A stretch of 64,000 nt of DNA, from contig OZ245006.1 in NCBI GenBank assembly GCA_965223545.1, positions 4,896,001 through 4,960,000 on the forward strand, read 5' to 3'. Below, piece by piece: positions 9,912-19,680 of the stretch (position 1 is the stretch's first letter; each line of letters opens with the position of its first letter). The position numbers and the translations under genes are program-made. The DNA comes from Planctomycetota bacterium. GTDB lineage: Bacteria; Planctomycetota; UBA1135; UBA2386. The notes beneath the pieces are model-generated. The model saw nothing but the letters and a program-made list of their open reading frames with translations. It was not told where the DNA came from and did not search any database.

Positions 9912-10492
9912 CGCGGAATCCGTGCTCTCTGGCGTGCGAAGCGCACGCCGATCATGCCGGTGATTCCCGCCAACACGGTCAGCACGGTGGCGACCACGGC
10001 GGGGACGTATTGTCGCATTCCGATCAGCTGCTCTGCCCTCGCCGCGCGTTCGGCCTCCGGCATCGGTTGGCCGGAGGCTTCGGCCCACTGGGCGATCATC
10101 TGCATCAGCTCGTGGCGCAAAGCGGTCGTGTCCACGCTGCGCAGCTCCAGGCTGGCGACGACCGCGACGCACAGCGAGCCGATGCCGACGGCGATGAAGG
10201 AGACGGCGAAGCCCTGACCGGGGGTGAGGCGCGGATCGCGCGATACCGCCAGCCACGCCGGAATCAGCCCGAGCGGGATCGCTTCGAACATGCAACAGCA
10301 GGACGCCGCGGCCGGGACGACGGCGGCCAACACGCTGACCATCAGCTGGGTCAAGACGGTGGTGATCGCGCCGATGACGATCGGGCCGGTCCAGCTGGGG
10401 GCCGGGCTGTCGGTTGAAGGTGGCGGCGTGTGCAAGGCGCGCGGCGCGACGGGGAAGCGGGTGGCGGGGGCGGACGGAGGCCCGCCGCTCAT
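9908..10492 (-). CDS. Hypothetical membrane protein (about 4 TM segments, CCC motif)
   Basis: Hydrophobic segments. Stop overlaps the ATG of the ICL-family gene. Confidence 0.7.
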   Translation of the reverse strand: MSGGPPSAPATRFPVAPRALHTPPPSTDSPAPSWTGPIVIGAITTVLTQLMVSVLAAVVPAAASCCCMFEAIPLGLIPAWLAVSRDPRLTPGQGFAVSFIAVGIGSLCVAVVASLELRSVDTTALRHELMQMIAQWAEASGQPMPEAERAARAEQLIGMRQYVPAVVATVLTVLAGITGMIGVRFARQRARIPR

Positions 10493-10510
10493 GATCGCAC
10501 CGACTCGTCG

Positions 10511-10981
10511 TCAGGGCGAATACGTCGCGACTTTGTAGGCCCACGACACGAGCAGCAGCGCAGCGGTCCACAGCAGCAAGCGGCCGTGCGGCCACCGCGC
10601 CATGCGCTCGACCAACGGGCGGCCGGTGATGGCGGTGAGGGCGCCTTTCGCCGCCAGCCACAGGCCGGCCGCCGCGAGCGCGGCGCCGAACGGTTGTGCG
10701 ACGAGTGCCTGCAGCGGCTCCAGGTGGACCAGGTGGGCCGCGGCGGTGGTCACTCCGCAAGTCGGGCAGGGCATGCCGACCGCGCCCGGCCACGAGCACG
10801 GCAGCATGCCGAGCTGCTCGTGGGTGCCGAAGCCGCGTGGATCCGGCTGGGTCGATCGCAGCAGGAGCGTGATGGCGGTGCCCGACGCGGCGAACGCGAT
10901 GCCGACGCAGCGGTCCCAGAGCACCGGAAACGGGGCCGGCAAGGCGCGGCTACCGGTCGCGTCGGTCGATCCCGCGGACAT
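10511..10981 (-). CDS. DUF2752 domain membrane protein
   Basis: GTHEQLGMLPC...GMPCPTCGVTTA...QPFG followed by TM helices. Confidence 0.85.
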   Translation of the reverse strand: MSAGSTDATGSRALPAPFPVLWDRCVGIAFAASGTAITLLLRSTQPDPRGFGTHEQLGMLPCSWPGAVGMPCPTCGVTTAAAHLVHLEPLQALVAQPFGAALAAAGLWLAAKGALTAITGRPLVERMARWPHGRLLLWTAALLLVSWAYKVATYSP

Positions 10982-11015
10982 CCGGCCAAGCATAGAGTGG
11001 GCGGCGCGTTTTGCG

Positions 11016-11585
11016 TCACTCGGGCTCGAAGCCGGCGCGCCGGATGTTGGTCTCCCACGCCTGCAGCGCGCGCCGGTACAGCGAGTGCACCGCGGTCTCG
11101 GAGCGGCCGAGTCGGCGGGCGGCGGCGGCGGCGGAGAGGCCCTCCAGCTGCCGCAGCGCCAGGACGCGGCGGTGGTCGGGCGGGAGCGCGGCGAAGGCCT
11201 GCTCGATCGCGTGCTCGATCTCCGCCACGCCGGCGCGGGTGCGCGGTCCAGGCGTGCGCGCCGCGGGGTCGTGCCCGGCCCGGCTCCAGTCGCTGCGCGC
11301 CAGCCGCTCCTCGCCGCCGCGCCGCTTGGCCGCGCGCAGCGCGCGGGCGAAGTCGATGACCGTGTGGCGCGCGATCTGCGCCAGCAGGCGGCCCAGGCTG
11401 GCGTCGTCGTCGGTGGCGGGCAGCGTGTCGCGGCGCGCGAGCGCGCGCAGGTAGACTTCCTGCAGGAGATCGTCGACCTCGACGCGTGCGCGGATCGCGC
11501 GTCCCGCGAGGTGGCGCAGGAGCAGCCGCAGGCGGCGTTCGTGGGCGGCCAAGCGAGGGCCGAGGTCACTGGGGGTCAGGCTCAT
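11016..11585 (-). CDS. ECF-type RNA polymerase sigma factor
   Basis: VEVDDLLQEVYLRA, LAQIARHTVID, LPPDHRRVLALRQLEGLS...AARRLGRSETAV. Confidence 0.88.
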   Translation of the reverse strand: MSLTPSDLGPRLAAHERRLRLLLRHLAGRAIRARVEVDDLLQEVYLRALARRDTLPATDDDASLGRLLAQIARHTVIDFARALRAAKRRGGEERLARSDWSRAGHDPAARTPGPRTRAGVAEIEHAIEQAFAALPPDHRRVLALRQLEGLSAAAAARRLGRSETAVHSLYRRALQAWETNIRRAGFEPE

Positions 11586-11769
11586 CTTTGCCCGCTGTCA
11601 TTGGAACGCGCGCCGGCTCGGTTCGCCACCGCGCCATTCTTGGGCCGCCCGACAGCCAGTCGGCCGCCTTGTGCCCGTGCGACGACACGTCGGCAGAACG
11701 GGATCCGGGGGCGAGGCGGATCGGTGGCGACCGAGCGCGCGGGCAGTGCTGCGGCTCCGTGTGGTGCAC

Positions 11770-12342
11770 GGTGGGCAGGTGGTCGAAGGCGCTGCGCTGC
11801 TGGCGGCCATCGAGCCGCAACTGCAGCGCGCCGCGCACCGCTTGGTGCCGCGCGAGCTGCGTGCCAAGGTCTCGCCCGAGGATGTGGTGCAATCGGCATG
11901 GGTCGAGGTGTGCACGTCGATCGCATCGTTCCGTGGGCGGACACTGCGGGAGTTCGAGAGTTGGGCGTTGACGATCCTGTTGCGGCGTGGAGCGGATGTG
12001 CGGCGCACGCTGTTTGCGAACAGTCGCAGTGCCGACCGAGAGCAGGCGATCTGCGGCGATCCCGTCGCGGCGACGCCGACACCGCAGCAAGTGGCGGTGC
12101 ACCGCGAGCGGCTGCGCACGGTGTCCGTGGTCCTGCGCCGGATGCCGCGCGATCAGCGCCGCGTGCTGATCTGGTCTCTGGGCGCGGAGCTGTCGCATCG
12201 CGAGGTGGCGGCGCGGCTGGGTCGCAGCGTCGGGGCTTGTCGCGTGCTGTTGGCCAGGGCGCGGGCCCGGTTGCGCACCGAGCTCGGCGCGACTGTCGTG
12301 GATCTCCCGGGCAAAGATGGAGCCGGTCGATCCGCCGGTTGA
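11770..12342 (+). CDS. ECF-type RNA polymerase sigma factor (divergent from 11016-11585)
   Basis: LRAKVSPEDVVQSAW...FRGRTLREFESW, MPRDQRRVL...LSHREVAARLGRS. Start uncertain (ORF opens at 11671). Confidence 0.8.
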   Translation, partial: GGQVVEGAALLAAIEPQLQRAAHRLVPRELRAKVSPEDVVQSAWVEVCTSIASFRGRTLREFESWALTILLRRGADVRRTLFANSRSADREQAICGDPVAATPTPQQVAVHRERLRTVSVVLRRMPRDQRRVLIWSLGAELSHREVAARLGRSVGACRVLLARARARLRTELGATVVDLPGKDGAGRSAG

Positions 12343-12374
12343 CGCGGCTGTGGATCCTGCGATCCAGTGCACGG

Positions 12375-13898
12375 ATGCCGAGCGCGCGCCGTCGACCCGC
12401 TTTCTTGCCTGAATTGGTCACCGCGGTGTGCTGTGGGCTTCCCTCGGTCGCCGCGAGCCCGCGCGCCCAACCGCCGGCACCGTTGGTCATCGACGTGCAC
12501 GCGCATCTGTTCAACGGCGAGGACGTGCCCGTGCAGGGCTTTCTCGACAAGGTGCTGCTGCACGAGGAGCACGGCGACGAGCGCCGCATGCTCCGGCCGC
12601 TCACCGCGGCGGTGCACCACTGGATCGTCTTCTTCGCCGACAGTCACGAGCGCGAGCTGCGCGCGCTCGACGCCGAGCTGGCAGAGCGTGAGCACACCGG
12701 CCCGCCGCCGGTGCCGCCGCTGACGTTGTCGCCGGCCGAGGCATTGCGCCGCGCGGGTGTGTTGACGGAGGAGGTCGAGGATGTCAGCGCGACCGCCGTC
12801 GAGCAGGCGACGGTCGCCATCGACCCGGGTGGGTTTTGGCGCGGCGTGCAACGGCGCTGGGGCCGCGTCCTCGACGTCGCCAAGCCCTACAGCTACGTGC
12901 GCCGCTTCACCGCGGCGCGGTATGACAACGCCAAGACTCTGCTCGACTGGCACGGCGACCATGGCGTCGATGTGTTCGTCGCGGCGATGGTCGACCTCGA
13001 CTTCTGGCTGGAGGGGCGCGCGGTGTCGCGGCTGGAGGAGCAAATCGAGATCATGGCCAAGATCGCGCTGCTCACCGAGGGGCGCGTGCTGCCGTTCGTC
13101 GCATTCGACCCCTTCCGCGATGCGGTCAGCGGCGACCGCCGGGCTCTGCGGTTGGCGCAGCTGGCGGTGGAGAAGTACGGATGCGTCGGCGTGAAGCTCT
13201 ACCCGTCGATGGGCTTCCGCCCGATCGGCAACGACGGCGCGATGTACGAGGCGGTTGTCGGCGACTCGATGTGGCGGCAGCTCGGCTACGAAGACGCCGA
13301 GTTCGCCGCTGCGATCGAGAGCGCGATGCACGGGCTGCTGGCCTGGTGCGAACGCGAGCAAGTGCCGGTGATGGCGCACTGCAACACCAGCAACGCTTCG
13401 CATCCGGTGTTCGTCGACGCCGCGCATCCGCGGCACTGGGCGCGGGTGCTGGCGCGGTACCCCGAGCTGCGGCTCAACCTCGCGCACTTCGGTGGCGCGA
13501 GCTCGCTGTTGCAGGACGACGACGATTGGGCCGAGCACATCATCGCCTTGATGGCCGAGCACGACGGTGTCTTTGCCGACTTCGGCAACTTCAAGCTACG
13601 CGCCGCCGACGACATCGCGCCCTACTTCACCGTCCTGCGCACCGTGCTCGAGCAGGAGCCCGAAGTCGGCCAGCGCTTGATGTACGGAAGCGACTGGTTC
13701 ATGCACGCCGCCCGGAGCTACAGCAAGCACTACCCGGACCGGTTTCGCACCGCCGTGCGCAAGAACCTCCCAGAGCTCGAAGCCGCGATCATGGGCGGCA
13801 ACGCGGCGCGCTTCCTGGGCCTCCGCCCCGGCGATCGCGCCTACGCCAGGCTGCGCGCGTTCTACGACCACCACGCCATCCGGCCCCACTGGCGATAG
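12375..13898 (+). CDS. Amidohydrolase family (Amidohydro_2-like) metallohydrolase, probably exported
   Basis: IDVHAHLFN, GVKLYP, PVMAHC, LRLNLAHFGG, RLMYGSDW, GGNAARFLGL. Confidence 0.85.
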   Translation: MPSARRRPAFLPELVTAVCCGLPSVAASPRAQPPAPLVIDVHAHLFNGEDVPVQGFLDKVLLHEEHGDERRMLRPLTAAVHHWIVFFADSHERELRALDAELAEREHTGPPPVPPLTLSPAEALRRAGVLTEEVEDVSATAVEQATVAIDPGGFWRGVQRRWGRVLDVAKPYSYVRRFTAARYDNAKTLLDWHGDHGVDVFVAAMVDLDFWLEGRAVSRLEEQIEIMAKIALLTEGRVLPFVAFDPFRDAVSGDRRALRLAQLAVEKYGCVGVKLYPSMGFRPIGNDGAMYEAVVGDSMWRQLGYEDAEFAAAIESAMHGLLAWCEREQVPVMAHCNTSNASHPVFVDAAHPRHWARVLARYPELRLNLAHFGGASSLLQDDDDWAEHIIALMAEHDGVFADFGNFKLRAADDIAPYFTVLRTVLEQEPEVGQRLMYGSDWFMHAARSYSKHYPDRFRTAVRKNLPELEAAIMGGNAARFLGLRPGDRAYARLRAFYDHHAIRPHWR

Positions 13899-13968
13899 TA
13901 CGGAGCCAGGCTCCATTCCATCACGCTAACTGAAGGTTCGGAGCCTGGCTCCGTACCTTCAGTCAGCG
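13898..13968. repeat. REP-like inverted repeat pair or bidirectional terminator between convergent genes
   Basis: GTACGGAGCCAGGCTCC (13898-13914) is the exact reverse complement of 13940-13956, and each copy is itself a GGAGC-nnn-GCTCC palindrome. 13924-13937 pairs with 13955-13968 with one mismatch. Confidence 0.65.
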
Positions 13969-15528
13969 CGGGAGGGGGGCGTCGCGTTGCGCGGTGTGCC
14001 AGACGAAGGCGGCCACGATGGTCGCCGCTTGCCGCAGGTCTCCGGCCACGGCGTGGTCCCAGTTGTCCATGTTGCTGTGGTGGGTGCGGGTGCTGTAGGC
14101 GACCCGGTCCTGGATGAATTGGAACCCCGGGATGCCGGCGCTGTCGAACGCCCGGTGGTCGGTGCCGCCGGTGTTGTCCAGGGTCACCGTCGAGGCGTCG
14201 AGGTCGTGGAACGGGCGCAACCAGGCGCGGAAGATCGGCATCACCGCGGCGTTGCTCTGCGTGTAGATCCCACGGATGGCGCCGGTGCCATTGTCGAGGT
14301 TGAAGTAGCCGCTGATCTGCGAGTGCGCGGGCGTCGGCTCCTCGGCGCTGCCGAAGTGTCGGGCCACGTAGGCGCGCGACCCCAGCAGGCCCTGCTCCTC
14401 GCCGCTCCACAACGCGATGCGGATGGTGCGGCGCGGCGGCGTGCCGCGGCGGTCCACCAGCGTCTGCAGCAGGCGCGCTGCTTCCATCATCACCGCGCTG
14501 CCGGCGCCGTTGTCGGTCGATCCGGTGCCCGAATGCCACGAGTCGAAGTGCGCGCCGAGCATCACCACCTGGTCGCGCAGCGCGCCACCCGGGATCTCGG
14601 CGATGACATTGCGCTCCATGAGGTCGTCATCGGTGAAGGTCGTGCGCAGCTCCATCGCCACGCGCACCGGCAGTCCCTTGCGCAACAGGCGGCACATGCG
14701 GTTGTAGTGCTCCACCGCCAGGGTCATCTGCGGAATGACGTGGTGATCGCCCGGCGCCCAGGCGCGCGGCCGCTGCGCGCGCGGCGTGCCCGGCGGCGAG
14801 GCCACCGACGCGCTGGTGACGAAGATCGTGCCGTAGTCGCCCTTGTAGGACCGGTCGAGGATGGCCAGCGGCTTCTTGCTCTCGACCAGCTGGCGGACCG
14901 CGCGGCTGCGGTTGAAGCCGCGCGCGAAGCTGACGTCGCCGGGCCCCAAACCGGTGGCGCGCCGGCTGTCCGCCAACGCCAGCAGCGACTCGGCGTCGTG
15001 TCGCTTGGCGGGCGCTTCGAACGGCTCGGACACCTCGCGCGGCTCCTCGATCAGCACGATCTTGTCGGTCAAGTCCATCGCCTCGACGGCTTCGGCTTCC
15101 AGACCGGCGATGAGCACCACGTCGGCTTCGATCAGGCCGTCGGTGGCCGGCGACCACGCCTTGGGCCACGCGTGCACCGGCCACGGGTTGTCGCCGATCA
15201 CGTCCATGTGGAAGTGGTCGAGTCGCCAGCCCATGCCGAACGGCCCCCATTCTTCGGTGTGCGCGTTCTGCAACCCGAAGCTCGCGAGGGTCTCCACCGC
15301 CCACTGTTGCGCGCGGCGCAGGTTCGGCGAGCCGGTCAGCCGCGGGCCGTGCACGTCGCAGATCCAGCTGAGCAGCTCCATGACCTGGCTCTGCTCGAGA
15401 CCCTGCTCGCGCAGCAGCGCGATCGCGTCCTCGTCGATCGGCTCGCCGGTTTGGGCGGTCAGCGGTGCCGCGGCGATGGTCGCGGCGAGAACGGGGGCGA
15501 GAATGTGGTGGGGGAGCGTTCCGTGCAC
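13963..15528 (-). CDS. M28 family (carboxypeptidase Q-like) secreted metallopeptidase
   Basis: Signal peptide, HGPRLTGSP, GAHFDSWH, DNGAG, WSGEEQGLLGS, NLDNG, GGTDH, THHSNMD. Confidence 0.92.
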   Translation of the reverse strand: MHGTLPHHILAPVLAATIAAAPLTAQTGEPIDEDAIALLREQGLEQSQVMELLSWICDVHGPRLTGSPNLRRAQQWAVETLASFGLQNAHTEEWGPFGMGWRLDHFHMDVIGDNPWPVHAWPKAWSPATDGLIEADVVLIAGLEAEAVEAMDLTDKIVLIEEPREVSEPFEAPAKRHDAESLLALADSRRATGLGPGDVSFARGFNRSRAVRQLVESKKPLAILDRSYKGDYGTIFVTSASVASPPGTPRAQRPRAWAPGDHHVIPQMTLAVEHYNRMCRLLRKGLPVRVAMELRTTFTDDDLMERNVIAEIPGGALRDQVVMLGAHFDSWHSGTGSTDNGAGSAVMMEAARLLQTLVDRRGTPPRRTIRIALWSGEEQGLLGSRAYVARHFGSAEEPTPAHSQISGYFNLDNGTGAIRGIYTQSNAAVMPIFRAWLRPFHDLDASTVTLDNTGGTDHRAFDSAGIPGFQFIQDRVAYSTRTHHSNMDNWDHAVAGDLRQAATIVAAFVWHTAQRDAPLPR

Positions 15529-15580
15529 TGGGTCCTCGAGCGGTGGCGAGAGAGAGCGCCGAGGATACCCGGGTTCAGCC

Positions 15581-16123
15581 TCAGCCGCGGCTGAAGTCGT
15601 AGACGTAGGACAGCTTGTCCTTGCGCACGATGATGTACGGCAGCGACTCCAAGACCTTGAGCTGATCGTTGGCCTCGATGTTGAGGCCGCGGATCTTGGG
15701 GTCCTGCATCACGAAGTACCAGTGCCGCGACTTGTGCATCTGGTAAGCGCCGCGGTCGATCAGGCCGGCGAGCTCGAGCTGCACGTTGCCGCTGTGGAAC
15801 GCGCGGATCCGCACGCTCTTCTGGTTGGTTGCCAGCTGCCGCATGCCGTCGTCGCTGGCCGTGTCGACGAGCTCGTGGGCGAAGATGATTTCGCTGCGGT
15901 TGACCATCACGCTGGGCGTGCGGATCACTTCGCCGCCGCGCAGCGACACCATCGTCGCCTCTTCGATCGCCAAGAACGTGTGGTCGGCGTCTTCCAGCAT
16001 CTTGCGCAGGCGCTGGTACTTGTTGGCGATGCGCCCCTTGATCAAGAAAGCACCGGTGAGGAAGAGGTCCTCGACGATCGCCGGGATCGTCGCCGGGCTG
16101 CCGGGGTTGGGCTGGCTGTTCAT
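15581..16123 (-). CDS. Hypothetical protein (DUF6812-like)
   Basis: Strong coding bias. IKGRI...RL..ML...FL..EEAT...VMVNRSEIIFA pattern. ATG overlaps the folC stop. Confidence 0.65.
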   Translation of the reverse strand: MNSQPNPGSPATIPAIVEDLFLTGAFLIKGRIANKYQRLRKMLEDADHTFLAIEEATMVSLRGGEVIRTPSVMVNRSEIIFAHELVDTASDDGMRQLATNQKSVRIRAFHSGNVQLELAGLIDRGAYQMHKSRHWYFVMQDPKIRGLNIEANDQLKVLESLPYIIVRKDKLSYVYDFSRG

Positions 16124-17412
16124 CTGGTGAGGCCGAGTGCGTCGATTGCGTCCGCGGCGGCACCGACCAGGTAGAACGAGCCGGTGACCACCCTCAGGTC
16201 GTGGCTCGCGGTCAGGCTTCGCAGTCCGGCCGCGGCGTCGTCGACGACGTCGCCGCGGACACCGGCCTGCTGCAGCCACGCCGCGATCGCCTTCGGATCC
16301 TCGGAGCGCGTACCGGTCAGCGCCGTTACGAGGACGTTATCGACCACTGGCAAGAGCCACTTCAGCGCTTGCTGCCAGCGCTTGCCGGCGGCACAGGCGA
16401 ACAGCAAGCCGGCCCGGCGATCGGGAAACCGGGCCGCGAGCTCGTCGGCGAGCGCCCGCATCGAGTCCTCGGTGTGCGCACCGTCGAGAATCACCACACC
16501 GCCATCGCGACACGCGACCTGCTCGAACCGACCGGGCAGCGCCGGCCGCGGCGCCGGGTCCAACGGCAGCTCGAGTCCGGGGAACAGGTGCCGCAGGGTG
16601 GCCACGGCGAGGGCGAAGGCCGGCAGCTCGAAGCCGGCGGCGGCGGCGGGGAGGGTGAACGGCGATCGCTGCTCGCCGGTCCAAACCGTGCCGCGCCACC
16701 CGTGGCGCGTGCGTTGGGTGCCGTCGAGGCCGAAATCGCTGCCGGCGACGCGCAGGTCGTTGCCGACGGTCCGCGCGCGCCGCCGCAGCACGTCGAGCGC
16801 GACACCGGTCGCGCTCGTGAAGCCGGTGCTCTCCGGTCGCAGCACGTGGGACTTCTCGCCGGCGATCGCCTCGATGGTGTCCCCCAACAGGTCGGTGTGC
16901 TCGAGCTCGACCGCGGTGACGATCGAGGCGGCGACGTCGACGGCAGTGGTCGAGTCCAGTCGACCGCCGAGGCCGACCTCGAGCAGGCCGATGTCGACGC
17001 CGGCGCGGGCAAAGCAGGTCAGCGCCGCGCGGGTCATCACGTCGAAGAAGGTCGCCGGCTCACCCTGTTCGCGCACGGCGGCGACGATCGGCAGCAGGGC
17101 GTCGCGCAGGCGAGCCTCGTCGACCGGAGCTCCATCCAGCCGGACGCGCTCGAGCAGGCTGCGCACGTGCGGCGACGCGTAGGCGCCGGTGCGCAGGCCG
17201 GCGCCGCGCGCCAACGCCTCGATGTAGCCCGCGGTGGTGCCCTTGCCCTTCGAGCCGCCGATCTGCACCAGGGGCGCCGCTGGCAGCGGCTCGGCCAGCG
17301 CCAGCAGCCGCCGCATGCCGTCGAGCGACCAGCGCGGGCGATCGGGCCGCTGCCGCTCGTAGTTCGTCAGCGGCGCCAGCAGCGCGGTCAATCTCCGGGT
17401 CGGGCCGTCCAT
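16120..17412 (-). CDS. folC: Bifunctional folylpolyglutamate/dihydrofolate synthase
   Basis: IGGSKGKGTT, YASPHV...ERV, LEVGLGGRLDST, EHTDLLGDT...IAGEK, PGRFE, ILDGAHT, VTGSFYLVG. Confidence 0.92.
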   Translation of the reverse strand: MDGPTRRLTALLAPLTNYERQRPDRPRWSLDGMRRLLALAEPLPAAPLVQIGGSKGKGTTAGYIEALARGAGLRTGAYASPHVRSLLERVRLDGAPVDEARLRDALLPIVAAVREQGEPATFFDVMTRAALTCFARAGVDIGLLEVGLGGRLDSTTAVDVAASIVTAVELEHTDLLGDTIEAIAGEKSHVLRPESTGFTSATGVALDVLRRRARTVGNDLRVAGSDFGLDGTQRTRHGWRGTVWTGEQRSPFTLPAAAAGFELPAFALAVATLRHLFPGLELPLDPAPRPALPGRFEQVACRDGGVVILDGAHTEDSMRALADELAARFPDRRAGLLFACAAGKRWQQALKWLLPVVDNVLVTALTGTRSEDPKAIAAWLQQAGVRGDVVDDAAAGLRSLTASHDLRVVTGSFYLVGAAADAIDALGLTR

Positions 17413-17499
17413 CGGCGGGAGCTCTGCTAAAACTGTGGGCGCGGATCTGCGGCGGCGTTCGTAAGCAGGCGCGGATCGGTCCACCACCCCATTTCCATC

Positions 17500-18507
17500 A
17501 TGTCGAGAATCCCCTCCGCGTTGGTGTTGTCTCTGCTGGTTTCTGCCGCCGCCGCTCAGCGTGGCGGGCGCAGGGGGCCCCCGCCGCCGCCCCTCGAGCA
17601 CGGCACGTTCGAGGTCGCGACCTTCGCCAGCGAGGCGTTGGAGCGTCCGCTCCCCTACGGGGTCTACCTGCCCGCCGAGTACGCCGCCGAGGAGAACGCG
17701 GAGCGCGAGTACCCGCTCGTGGTCTGGCTGCACGGCATGTTCGAGAACCACGAGAGCTTCCACGGGCGCGGCGGCGCCGCGGTGCTCGACGCGATGGTCG
17801 GTGCCGGCGAGTTTCCGCCCGCTGTGTTCGTCACTGCCGAGGGCGACCGCAACTCGTTCTACATGAACGGCGTCGCCTCGGGCGCCTGGGAGGACGCGAT
17901 CACCGTCGACCTCCTCGACCACCTCGAGAAGACCTACCGCGTGGCGAAGGCGCGCGATCGGCGCGCCATCATGGGGGTCAGCATGGGCGGCTACGGCGCC
18001 CTCAAGATCGCCCTGCGGCACCCCAACCTGTTCGGCGTCGTCGCCGCCCACTCGGCGGCGCTGATGCCGCGCGACCCCGGCGACCTCGAAGACCGGTTCC
18101 CGTGGCTGAAGCGGTGGGGCGGTGCCAAGGGGGCGCTGGGCAAGGTGTTCGGCGACCCGATCGATCGCGAGCGCTGGGACCAAGAGAACCTGCTGCTGAT
18201 CGCCGAGCAGCTCGACGGCAAGGAGCTGGGCGGCATGAAGGTCTACCTCGACTGTGGCACCGACGACCGCTACGGCTTCCACGCGCCGAACGTCGAGCTG
18301 CACGAGCTGCTCGACGACGCCGGGGTGGCGCACACCTGGCGCAGCGTCGACGGCGGCGATCACGGCTGGCGCTCCGGCTACAATCGAGACGCGCTCCCAC
18401 ACTCGCTGGCGTTCGTCTCGGCCGCACTCGGTGCGGGTCGCGGAACCGCCGGTCTCAAGGGGCTGCTCGGCGCGCCGGGCGGTGGCGAGGACCGGCGGGA
18501 CGGTTGA
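17500..18507 (+). CDS. Secreted esterase (alpha/beta hydrolase, putative esterase family)
   Basis: Signal peptide, VYLP...YPLVVWLHG, GVSMGGYGA nucleophile elbow, DCGTDD, GGDHGW. Confidence 0.88.
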   Translation: MSRIPSALVLSLLVSAAAAQRGGRRGPPPPPLEHGTFEVATFASEALERPLPYGVYLPAEYAAEENAEREYPLVVWLHGMFENHESFHGRGGAAVLDAMVGAGEFPPAVFVTAEGDRNSFYMNGVASGAWEDAITVDLLDHLEKTYRVAKARDRRAIMGVSMGGYGALKIALRHPNLFGVVAAHSAALMPRDPGDLEDRFPWLKRWGGAKGALGKVFGDPIDRERWDQENLLLIAEQLDGKELGGMKVYLDCGTDDRYGFHAPNVELHELLDDAGVAHTWRSVDGGDHGWRSGYNRDALPHSLAFVSAALGAGRGTAGLKGLLGAPGGGEDRRDG

Positions 18508-18601
18508 CGAATCGGCGAATCTGGCCGAGAAAAGTCCAGCGATTCGACAGTACCCCTCCCTTCGGCTCCCGATAGGAGGGGTGTCGTCAAAAGGGTTTGC
18601 G

Positions 18602-19033
18602 ATGTTCGCGCTGGAGCATCACGTCAGGGTTTTCGTGTTTCAGGTCCTCGAAGAGCAGATCGAGTACCTGCTGCTACGCCAGAAGCCGGTGGTCGAGTGG
18701 CCCCTGGGTCCGGTGGTCGGCAGCATCGCGCCCGACGAGCACATGCGCGACGCGGTGCTGCGCGAGGTGGCGGAAGAGACCGGCATCCGCCGGCCGACGC
18801 ACGTCATCGACCTGTCTCGGCCCACCAAGGAGCTGTTCGGCGACGTCGGCATGGTCGAGTGGAACTTCGCCTATCAGGCCGGCAGCCCCGGGCGCCCGCC
18901 GGCGCGGGTGACGCCCGGCCCCAAGGTGGGCGACTTCGCGTGGATGCCCTTCGACGAGGCGTTCCAGCGCATCGGCGAGCCGCGCGACCGCGACACCCTG
19001 GTCAAGCTGCAGCTGCACCTGCACCAGGGCTGA
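18602..19033 (+). CDS. NUDIX hydrolase
   Basis: Nudix box GSIAPDEHMRDAVLREVAEETGI. Confidence 0.85.
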   Translation: MFALEHHVRVFVFQVLEEQIEYLLLRQKPVVEWPLGPVVGSIAPDEHMRDAVLREVAEETGIRRPTHVIDLSRPTKELFGDVGMVEWNFAYQAGSPGRPPARVTPGPKVGDFAWMPFDEAFQRIGEPRDRDTLVKLQLHLHQG

Positions 19034-19152
19034 CCGCCGGAACTGTCGGGAAGTTTCCCTGACGCATTCCGCGGGCCGCTCGTATTGGCGGCTTGAACTC
19101 GCTCGTCCGTCACCGAAACTCCCTTCCCCCCAACTTTCGCCGCAGAACTCGG

Positions 19153-19533
19153 ATGTCCCAGAACGACGGCCCCAAAGTCACCGATGATTCCGACGTCAAC
19201 GCCGACGGGCGCCTGCCCAGCTCGGCGATGCGCAGCTACGCCCTGCTGACGCCGGACATCAAGCAGCTCTACATGGGCTTCTACAAGGCGACTTACGGCA
19301 AAACGCAACTCGATATCAAGACCAAGGAGTTCATCGCGATCGCCGCATCCCTGGCGTTCGGGTGCAAGGGGTGCCTCGAAGGCCACCTCAAGAAGGCGAA
19401 GAAGCACGGAGCCACCGCGGAGGAGATCTCCGAGGTCATCGCCATCACCCTGGGCGTCTCCGCGGCCTCGATCGTCGATCGGTCGGACATCGCCAACTTC
19501 CATCTCGGCGGCCTGTTCGACAAGCCCGAGTGA
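19153..19533 (+). CDS. Carboxymuconolactone decarboxylase (CMD/AhpD-like) family protein
   Basis: LDIKTKEFIAIAASLAFGCKGCLEGHLKKAKKHGATAEEISE. Confidence 0.88.
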   Translation: MSQNDGPKVTDDSDVNADGRLPSSAMRSYALLTPDIKQLYMGFYKATYGKTQLDIKTKEFIAIAASLAFGCKGCLEGHLKKAKKHGATAEEISEVIAITLGVSAASIVDRSDIANFHLGGLFDKPE

Positions 19534-19680
19534 GTCGGGGCGGCCCGGTCCCGCCGCGCGGTCCGGAGCCAAAGCGCGTCGATTGCTTCAGCGGGTTGGC
19601 GAACCGGAGCCGCCAGATCGCCGTTGGCACGATCCACGAGCGGCGGGCAGCGTTGTGGGCCTGCTAGACTCTTGGCGACG

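Noticed and set aside
10602..12374. Long N-terminal extension of the 1098-aa ORF
   Set aside because: It overlaps two ECF genes and DUF2752 and is a GC-rich shadow frame. The real amidohydrolase starts near 12375.
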